A stretch of 52,093 nucleotides of DNA from an uncultured Rhodospirillaceae bacterium. Lineage in GTDB: Bacteria; Pseudomonadota; Alphaproteobacteria; UBA9219. The notes below the pieces were generated by a model. That model had not been told where the DNA came from and searched no databases. It worked only from the letters and a program-made list of their open reading frames with translations. The stretch covers positions 1 through 52,093 of the forward strand of contig CAZVCG010000012.1 in the NCBI GenBank assembly GCA_964626265.1. Reading direction: 5' to 3'. The position numbers and the translations under genes were made by a program. Shown one piece after another: positions 45,593-52,093 of this stretch. The first letter of the stretch is position 1. Each line of letters starts with the position of its first letter.

Positions 45593-46654
45593 GTGATGAG
45601 TTTAACACGCCGAGGTTTCCTGTTTTTGGTTAGAGCTTCCGCCATTGCCTTGGGGGCGAGGGTGGTGGGGGCGCCTCTGGCGGAGGCGAACATCAGCCCA
45701 ACAAAACCCACAAAGCGTCAAATCGAAGCTTTTGAGCTCTTTCCCAAGGCGCTGGAAACCCGATTGGCGCATAAATGCGTTGACATCGAGCAACTTACAG
45801 GGCTTCCGGCCGAAGACGCGTTAACCTGCGCTTTCGACGAAACGCGTCTTGGCATTCATACGAAAGGGCGCGGAATCGTCGAGATCATCGATCAAACGTT
45901 TCTCGACATGGCCGCAAATTATGGAAGCGATTACAAGGAACAAATAGCGTTTCATGAAGAAATCGACGAAATCCTGAAAGCGGAGCGGCGCAGGCAGCAA
46001 GAGGCAAGACATAAGCCTAAAAACGAGCTTAGGCCTTCCCGAAAAAATTCCCGCAAGCAAACCAAAACCCTCACGAAGATTCACGACGACAGGCCTTCGC
46101 ATGTGCTTGATCTTTATGCGAAGGTGATGGATCCGACAAACAAACCGGAACCAAAAACAATCAGAGAAAAATGCCGCGACCTCGCAGGTTGTGATTTGAT
46201 GACTCTTCGGCAAAAAGTCCTGAAAACGCGCGACAATCACTATGTATCTCTTGTCTTCACGGCGCGCCGGTTGATGGACGATCGGCAAGCTCTTGAGGTT
46301 GAGCTAAGGAAAAAGGGCCTTTCGCATGTATTTTATACGTATAAAGACTATCTTTGCCGCATTCTGCATATATGGCCGGGTTATGCGAAAGAGATTTTAA
46401 CAAGTCCCCCGGGCGTACCTATCCTTAAAATAACCAAAACCCCAAGCGTGCTTGAGACCCATAATTGCCCCATGGATATAAGCGTCGGCGCGTTTTTGAA
46501 AAGGCATAACGCAATTTACGCTGGGGTTAGGCGGGTTTTTTCATACTGTTTGGCTATGGCCGAAGTTACGCACGACCTTAGGTCGGATTTGCCTGAAAAA
46601 TCAGAACATAAAATGCCCCATAATTACAAGCCGCAAGCGTTTACCATTCATTAA
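45593..46654 (+). CDS. exported protein with a divergent lytic-transglycosylase-like domain
   Basis: TRRGFL Tat-like signal; AFDET...GIVEIIDQTFLDMAANYG and RQKVLKTRDN resemble alphaproteobacterial SLT proteins. Confidence 0.55.
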   Translation: MMSLTRRGFLFLVRASAIALGARVVGAPLAEANISPTKPTKRQIEAFELFPKALETRLAHKCVDIEQLTGLPAEDALTCAFDETRLGIHTKGRGIVEIIDQTFLDMAANYGSDYKEQIAFHEEIDEILKAERRRQQEARHKPKNELRPSRKNSRKQTKTLTKIHDDRPSHVLDLYAKVMDPTNKPEPKTIREKCRDLAGCDLMTLRQKVLKTRDNHYVSLVFTARRLMDDRQALEVELRKKGLSHVFYTYKDYLCRILHIWPGYAKEILTSPPGVPILKITKTPSVLETHNCPMDISVGAFLKRHNAIYAGVRRVFSYCLAMAEVTHDLRSDLPEKSEHKMPHNYKPQAFTIH

Positions 46655-46657
46655 GTA

Positions 46658-46692
46658 TTATCCACGATTCCTGTGGATATGTTTGTTGATAA
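46658..46692. promoter_or_regulatory. cluster of three DnaA-box-like 9-mers
   Basis: ttatccacg (46658), tgtggatat (46672) and tgttgataa (46684), each 8/9 to TTWTNCACA or its complement. Confidence 0.4.
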
Positions 46693-46945
46693 ACGTGGGA
46701 GTCGCCTCATGAACCCGCACGATTCCTTGGATTCTTAAGGGTTGCCTAAAAATTGGGCATGACTCATAACCGTTTGAAACACGAAACAAAATTTGTGACG
46801 AAAGCGTGTTTTCCGTTTTACAACGCAAAATATATGCACTGCATGGCGTTTCACGACGAGGTTGTGAACAAACCCATGGCCCGCTAAGCCGGGAAAACCG
46901 AAGAGTCAAGGGTTAATGAAAGGTAAATTACAAAAAATCGTTAGA

Positions 46946-47671
46946 TCAAGATATAGACTCGTTGAGGTGGGTGCCGCAATCGACGCGCAAAACTTCACCT
47001 GTAATCGCTGGGTTTTCGAGTAGAAAGCGGACGGTAGAAGCGACTGCTTCCGGTGGCGTCGCTATACCTAGTGGGGCGGCAGCGACAAGCTTGGCAAAGT
47101 GCGCATCGGATTGCCGAGGACTTTTCATAACCGGACCGGGCGCGACCGCGTTTATGCGTACGCGTGGCGCGAGCGAAAGAGCCATAACGCGAGACATTTG
47201 GAACAGGCGCACGCGGCTCGTACGGTAGGCGTTCATAAAATCCGGTATCGGCGTAGCGTCCAATATGTTTACGACAGCGCCCGTAGTTCCTGCGGGCAGG
47301 TTTTTAACAAGACAATTGATCAGCTTTACGGGCGCTTCAAAATTGACGGCGTTATGGCGCGAACCGTCAGGATCGGAGTCATCGCGATCAAACAGGCTGG
47401 CGTTGTTGACCAGCGCAGTGAGCGAATATCCTGCGGCGATGAGCGAAGGGATTAAACCGCCTACGGCATCGTGGTTAGCTAAGTCAGCTTGCACAATGTC
47501 GGCTTTGCGTCCCATGGCGCGGATTGCTTTTGCAGTTTCTTCAGCTTCCGCGCGCGAGGTGTTGTAATGCACGGCGATATTCCAACCGGCTTCGGCCAGA
47601 TGTAGCGCGATTACGCGGCCCAAACGTTTGGCGGCACCGGTGACGAGGACGAAGTTGTTGTTGGCAGTCAT
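46946..47671 (-). CDS. SDR oxidoreductase (pteridine reductase/FolM-like)
   Basis: TGAAKRLG, IAVHYNTS, NNAS, YRTSR (catalytic Lys replaced by Arg) and RINAVAPG. Confidence 0.85.
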   Translation of the reverse strand: MTANNNFVLVTGAAKRLGRVIALHLAEAGWNIAVHYNTSRAEAEETAKAIRAMGRKADIVQADLANHDAVGGLIPSLIAAGYSLTALVNNASLFDRDDSDPDGSRHNAVNFEAPVKLINCLVKNLPAGTTGAVVNILDATPIPDFMNAYRTSRVRLFQMSRVMALSLAPRVRINAVAPGPVMKSPRQSDAHFAKLVAAAPLGIATPPEAVASTVRFLLENPAITGEVLRVDCGTHLNESIS

Positions 47672-47889
47672 AAGAAGGTCTTGTTTGAGTTTCGCCAGCC
47701 ATGCTCGACATATTTTATGCCAAGTTGAACGGCGTTGATGCCGGAATGGTCATACTCAACAACATTATGTGGCAAATTTAAGAGCGGAAAAAAGTCAAAA
47801 CCGTCGCATTTGCGCGGTTCGGCGTTCGTAATATCGCTTTGTATCTGCTTTATGTGCAAGGCGACGGGTAGAGATAAGCTATTGGTCAT
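47668..47889 (-). CDS. small hypothetical protein, 73 aa
   Basis: ATGA overlaps with both the trmJ-like stop and the SDR start. Confidence 0.6.
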   Translation of the reverse strand: MTNSLSLPVALHIKQIQSDITNAEPRKCDGFDFFPLLNLPHNVVEYDHSGINAVQLGIKYVEHGWRNSNKTFL

Positions 47890-48650
47890 TTGCCGCCGTT
47901 GCCTTTGCGCGGGCCGGTTGAAAGCGCCTTGATCACGCCGTGCCATGTGCGGATTTCCTGTTCCGTCATTTCGGCGCGTTGAAGCATGTTTTGCAGGCTG
48001 CGCGCCATGGTGGGTTTCATCTCGGGAGTCGAGAAAAAGCTGGTTTCGTCGAGCAATGTTTCGAGGCGGTGGTAGAAGTTCAGGTATTCCTCGCGCGTCG
48101 CGGGGCGGCTTTTGCCCATGTCGATTTGCGCGGGCGGGGTGCCGTCGTTCGCCTGATACCATTCATAACCGATGAGCAACACCGTTTGCGCGAGGTTCAG
48201 CGACATGAACTCTGGGTTGAGCGGGATGGTGATCTTGGCGTTGGCTAGCACGATGTAATCGTTGATGAGGCCCATGCGCTCCGGCCCGAACATGACGCCG
48301 ACCTTTTGGCCGCCGTCGATGTGCTCTTTCATGTCGGGGATGGCGGCGCGAGGCGTCATGATCTTGTTGACCATGTCGTGCGAGCGCGACGTGGTGGCAT
48401 AAACGTAATTCAGGTCAGCGATGGCTTCTTGCACCGTGTCGAACAGGCGGGCGGATTTAAGAATATCGTCAGCACCCGAAGCGGCGGCCTCCATGCGTTG
48501 TTGATGCACTGTGCCGAGCGGCCACGGGTCGCGCGGCGCGACGATCCGCAGCTCAGGCAAAGCGCAATTCGCCATGGCGCGCGCCGTCATGCCGATATTT
48601 TCGACCAGTTGCGGATGGACGAGGATGATGACGGGACGGGACATGGGCAA
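47886..48650 (-). CDS. trmJ: tRNA/rRNA 2'-O-methyltransferase, TrmJ/LasT family
   Basis: ENIGMTARAMANC, ASGA, FGPERMGL and SLNLAQ. Confidence 0.88.
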   Translation of the reverse strand: MPMSRPVIILVHPQLVENIGMTARAMANCALPELRIVAPRDPWPLGTVHQQRMEAAASGADDILKSARLFDTVQEAIADLNYVYATTSRSHDMVNKIMTPRAAIPDMKEHIDGGQKVGVMFGPERMGLINDYIVLANAKITIPLNPEFMSLNLAQTVLLIGYEWYQANDGTPPAQIDMGKSRPATREEYLNFYHRLETLLDETSFFSTPEMKPTMARSLQNMLQRAEMTEQEIRTWHGVIKALSTGPRKGNGGK

Positions 48651-48706
48651 GGATTATCAGATATCCATATGACTAGCCAAGTCCATGAATTTATAAGGCT
48701 TTCAGT

Positions 48707-49255
48707 TTAACCGTTCGTCGGCTTTTGGGCCGCCGCTTTGAGAATAATCCTTGTCGTCCTTGCGGGATTGTGGGGATCGTCCGTGACGTATTCTTTGTCC
48801 AGAAAGCCTTTCACCTTGTTGGGCTCAATGCCTGCTCTTACAATTTCCCGATGTCTTACTCGCTAAGTATCCGGGGTCGCTTCAGAATAGCACGCATAAG
48901 AGGGCACCACATGTTCCGTTACAGTTGGGGGGTCTGTGCGGCTGTCGGTAAAAGAACGTACTGGCGAGAAAGGCGTATCGCTTAAACATCTATCGACTTC
49001 TTTCCGTTGCAAGGAACCTTGGCGGTGAATGACGCTGTATTCCCTGCCTACAGGGAAATAGGGCTTGTGAATTTCGATGAAAAGCTCGTTGAGCGAAGGT
49101 TCCGTCAGGCCGTTATTCGGCGAGGGCGCGGTCGTATTAAACGTTATGAGCGTATGGCCGCCATCCTTGCGCGGGATGTCAGCGTCGAATCTCAACGGCA
49201 CGGCCCCCATGACACGTTCATACTGTTTCAAAAGAGCAATCATGTTTGTCTCCAA
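48707..49255 (-). pseudogene. hypothetical ORF with an internal TAG (48863-48865)
   Basis: 130-codon ORF followed in frame by 51 further sense codons. Confidence 0.3.
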
Positions 49256-49375
49256 AATTTTCTTCGGCTACGTCGGCATTAGCCCAGCGGCGGACAAATG
49301 CTATCATGCGCCGCTATTCTTGCAGACAGGACGTGCCTAGCGCAACAGCGGGGTTTGGTTAACGCTCGCGCAAAG

Positions 49376-51046
49376 TTAGGCCACCTTTAACTTAACGGTA
49401 GGCATGGCCGCCATTTTAGGCGCATTTTGGCCAAGTTGATCGAAGGCAAGCCTATAGTTGTATGCGTCCACCAAAGCCATCAACGATGCGCCGATGATGT
49501 CTTTCGAAATGCCGATGGTCGTCCAACGCTTTTTGGTGCGTTTGTCCATCACGTCCAGAACCACGCAAGTCGTCGCTCCCGCCGCTTCTTTAGGGTTTAA
49601 GATGGCGACGTTGTAATCGACGAGCTTAAGGTTCTCCATTTCCGGATAGTTGCCATTCATGGCGTTGCGCATGGCGCGATCCAGCGCGAAAACAGGTCCG
49701 TCGCCCACGGCTTCACCCGATACTTCGAGGCGTTGCATCTCGGCGGTCAATTCCTTGCCCGCAATTTTCATTAACACTGAAGCCCGCGCGACGTTGCGCA
49801 GTTTGCCGTCGTCGTCGAATTCGCCTTCGTCAACGATACGGAATTTCTTGACCTCGAAGGGCCTTTTGAGACGTCCGAGTTTCCGCAAGGCCAAAACGGC
49901 AAAGCTCGCCTCTGCAAGTTCGTAGGAATAGCCTTCGTCTTCCCTCTTTTTAACGGAGGCAAGAAGCTCTTTTAGTTTCGGGTCTTTGGGATCGACATCG
50001 ATGCCGTGAGCCTCAAGATTGATAAGAAGGTTCGCTGCGCCTGCCTGATCGGACACAAGAATTTGCCGTTCATTGCCAACGGTTTCCGGTTCGATATGTT
50101 CATAAAGCTTGGGATTCTTCCTGACGGCTTGACCGTGAACACCGCCTTTGTGCGCGAATGCGTCCGCGCCGACATAAGGTGCGCGGGGATTGCGCTTGAG
50201 GCGCATTAAGTCGGCAAAATCGTCCGCGAGCTTTTTAAGGCCGCCAAGATTTTCTTTGGCAAAACCGAGAGTATAACCCATTTTCAACACGAGATTGGAC
50301 ATGATCGTGTTGAGGTTGGCGTTGCCGCAACGTTCGCCTAACCCGTTGAGCGTTCCTTGCACCATGCGGCATCCGGCGCGGACGGCTTCTTGCGTGTTTG
50401 CGTCGGCGAGGCCGCCGTCGTTATGGCAATGGATGCCAAGACGCGCTCCGGGGATTTCCTTTTTCACGGTTGTGACGATTTCGAACACTTCGTGAGGCAA
50501 CATGCCTCCGCGGGTGTCGCACAGGACAAGCCAATCCGCGCCTGCTTCATGAGCTGCCCGCAAACATTTCAGGGCGTAAGCGGGATTGTCCTTATAACCG
50601 TCGAAGAAATGCTCGGCGTCGAATACGAATTCCTTACCGAGGCTTTTAGCGTAGGTGACACTGTTACGGATCATCTCCAGATTTTCGTCTTCGGTCGCGC
50701 CCAAGGCTTCGGTCACATGGGCCATCCACGTTTTGCCGAACAAGCAGATAGTGTTGGCGTTGCTATGGACAACCTTTCGAAAACCTTCGTCGGTTTCTGG
50801 AGTTAGGCCTTTTTTGAGCGTCATACCGAAGGCCGTGAAACGGGCGTTTTTCAAATTCGGCGGATTTTTGAATAGATCATTATCCGTTTCGTTTGCGCCG
50901 GGCCAGCCGCCCTCGACATAGTCGATGCCGAAAAGGTCGAGCCACCGCGCAATGGTTTTCTTATGCCTGGGTGAATATTTTACGCCCGGCGTCTGTCCGC
51001 CGTCACGAAGACTGGTGTCAAATACATATACGCGATTGTCCGACAT
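49376..51046 (-). CDS. cimA: citramalate synthase
   Basis: DTSLRDGGQ, YVEGGWPGAN, FDAEHFFDG, GERCGNA and AHKGGVH; downstream of cysS. Confidence 0.92.
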   Translation of the reverse strand: MSDNRVYVFDTSLRDGGQTPGVKYSPRHKKTIARWLDLFGIDYVEGGWPGANETDNDLFKNPPNLKNARFTAFGMTLKKGLTPETDEGFRKVVHSNANTICLFGKTWMAHVTEALGATEDENLEMIRNSVTYAKSLGKEFVFDAEHFFDGYKDNPAYALKCLRAAHEAGADWLVLCDTRGGMLPHEVFEIVTTVKKEIPGARLGIHCHNDGGLADANTQEAVRAGCRMVQGTLNGLGERCGNANLNTIMSNLVLKMGYTLGFAKENLGGLKKLADDFADLMRLKRNPRAPYVGADAFAHKGGVHGQAVRKNPKLYEHIEPETVGNERQILVSDQAGAANLLINLEAHGIDVDPKDPKLKELLASVKKREDEGYSYELAEASFAVLALRKLGRLKRPFEVKKFRIVDEGEFDDDGKLRNVARASVLMKIAGKELTAEMQRLEVSGEAVGDGPVFALDRAMRNAMNGNYPEMENLKLVDYNVAILNPKEAAGATTCVVLDVMDKRTKKRWTTIGISKDIIGASLMALVDAYNYRLAFDQLGQNAPKMAAMPTVKLKVA

Positions 51047-51134
51047 AATAACCTCAAATTGAAAAACAGATTCATGACCGCCTTGGGCGGTGGGGCAGAG
51101 TCAAATTGTGGGTGAGGCCGCGTGTGTTTCCTGC

Positions 51135-51233
51135 TTACGCAGGAATAATAATCGCAATAATAATCGCGTTGATGCGCGCCGCAGTGGATGCGGTCGTAAG
51201 GCTGTTATCCGATGTGATAAGAGCGTTGCGCAT
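51135..51233 (-). CDS. Ile/Thr-rich leader peptide of cimA (32 aa)
   Basis: MRNALITSDNSLTTASTAARINAIIIAIIIPA*; six ATT codons among the last nine sense codons. Confidence 0.8.
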   Translation of the reverse strand: MRNALITSDNSLTTASTAARINAIIIAIIIPA

Positions 51234-51240
51234 GGGAGGC

Positions 51241-51269
51241 AGTGTAAGAATCCGCCCCTGATTTGTAAA
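51241..51269 (-). promoter_or_regulatory. sigma70-type promoter of the cimA leader
   Basis: TTTACA-17 nt-TACACT, with 7 nt between the -10 and the leader ATG. Confidence 0.5.
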
Positions 51270-51327
51270 GAGGCGATTTAGTTGCGCCAAAGAGTTTGGT
51301 TAACGGTGTGACATTTACCTTAACGTC

Positions 51328-51355
51328 AAAAAAAGCCCCTCCCTTGCGGGAGGGG
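51328..51355 (-). terminator. intrinsic terminator after cysS (family-B-like hairpin)
   Basis: cccctccc-gcaa-gggagggg followed by c and T7 on the minus strand. Confidence 0.85.
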
Positions 51356-51378
51356 AAAAGATGAATCTTTAATTACCT

Positions 51379-52093
51379 TTATTCCCTGCGCCACGTGGTG
51401 CCTTGTGGGCCGTCTTCGAGAATAACGCCTTGCGCGGCGAGCGTATCTCTAATTCGATCCGCTTCGGCGAAGTTCTTGGCTATGCGCGCGGCTAGGCGAG
51501 CGGCGATCTGTGCCTCAACCTCTTCATTCGAAGGTCCGCTTGTCACGCTACCCTTAAGCCATGCTTCGGCGTCTTGCTGAAGAATGCCCAGCGCATCGCC
51601 GCATGCGAGGATCTGCGCCTTAAATCTGGCTTGAGCAGCGGGCGCGTTGGCGCGGTTGAGTTCGTTGACGAGCTCATGCACTACTGAAATCGCCAGCGGC
51701 GTGTTCATGTCGTCAAGCAACGCGTTTTCGAACGCCTCCGGCGGCGTTGTTTTATCCGCCTTAACCGATGCCACATTGCGCAACGCGCCATACCAGCGGT
51801 CGAGCGTGGTTTTCGCATGCTTCAGGCCATCAATGGTGAAATCAAGCGGCGAGCGGTAGTGCGTAGAGAGCAAAGCAAGGCGCAAGGCTTCGCCCGGCGC
51901 TTCGGCCAGCAGGTCGCGGATGGTGAAAAAGTTGCCGAGCGATTTCGACATCTTTTCGCCGTTCACGATCAAAAAGCCGTTGTGCGCCCAGTATTTCGAA
52001 AACAGCGGCGTGCCGTTGGCGCAACGGCTTTGCGCGATTTCGTTTTCGTGGTGCGGGAAGATGAGGTCAAGCCCGCCCGCGTGAATGTCGAAC
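51379..52093 (-). CDS. cysS: cysteine--tRNA ligase, C-terminal part (runs off the window)
   Basis: [26 protein letters not shown] and THYRSP. Confidence 0.97.
   Translation of the reverse strand, partial: FDIHAGGLDLIFPHHENEIAQSRCANGTPLFSKYWAHNGFLIVNGEKMSKSLGNFFTIRDLLAEAPGEALRLALLSTHYRSPLDFTIDGLKHAKTTLDRWYGALRNVASVKADKTTPPEAFENALLDDMNTPLAISVVHELVNELNRANAPAAQARFKAQILACGDALGILQQDAEAWLKGSVTSGPSNEEVEAQIAARLAARIAKNFAEADRIRDTLAAQGVILEDGPQGTTWRRE

Noticed and set aside
46655-46945. Firm oriC call
   Set aside because: Gene context is atypical and spot counts show no skew reversal; retained only as a candidate DnaA/CcrM locus.
47890-48162. Upstream 91 codons of the 164-aa ORF
   Set aside because: Alternate frame inside trmJ; only the 73-aa tail is supported.
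1-52093. Prophage, integrase, IS transposase, CRISPR-Cas or recognisable defence system
   Set aside because: No ORF shows the corresponding catalytic motifs and there is no regular repeat-spacer array.

Overview
Chromosomal window of an Alphaproteobacterium, probably Rhodospirillales-like (inferred from the lysC/ubiG, FYDLN/aroA, cysS/cimA and nadQ/nadABC arrangements). It is mostly housekeeping: atypical Hsp70, irr, lysC, ubiG/ubiE, speD-speE-speE, rpmB, cmk-rpsA, ihfB, nadABC-nadQ, recN, frameshifted purN, aroA, recX, gpt, four RNA methyltransferases, folD, cimA, partial cysS, tRNA-Ser(GGA) and tRNA-Ala(CGC). No transposase, integrase or CRISPR array is visible. The strongest signals outside the ORF track are: (1) a 32-codon, probably leaderless Ile/Thr-rich leader peptide upstream of citramalate synthase; (2) two families of palindromic REP/RPE-like elements, three copies of which have been captured as protein-coding sequence in the NAD locus (nadB twice, nadQ once) and one at the end of a hydrolase; (3) a cluster of DnaA-box-like motifs and GANTC sites between convergent genes; (4) a 73-aa ORF with ATGA overlaps at both ends; (5) a 146-bp inverted-repeat-bounded element with 31-bp phased repeats at an apparent aroA/cmk rearrangement breakpoint; (6) a structured speD leader ahead of two divergent speE paralogs. 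All product calls rest on motifs recognised by eye; no database search or folding was run.
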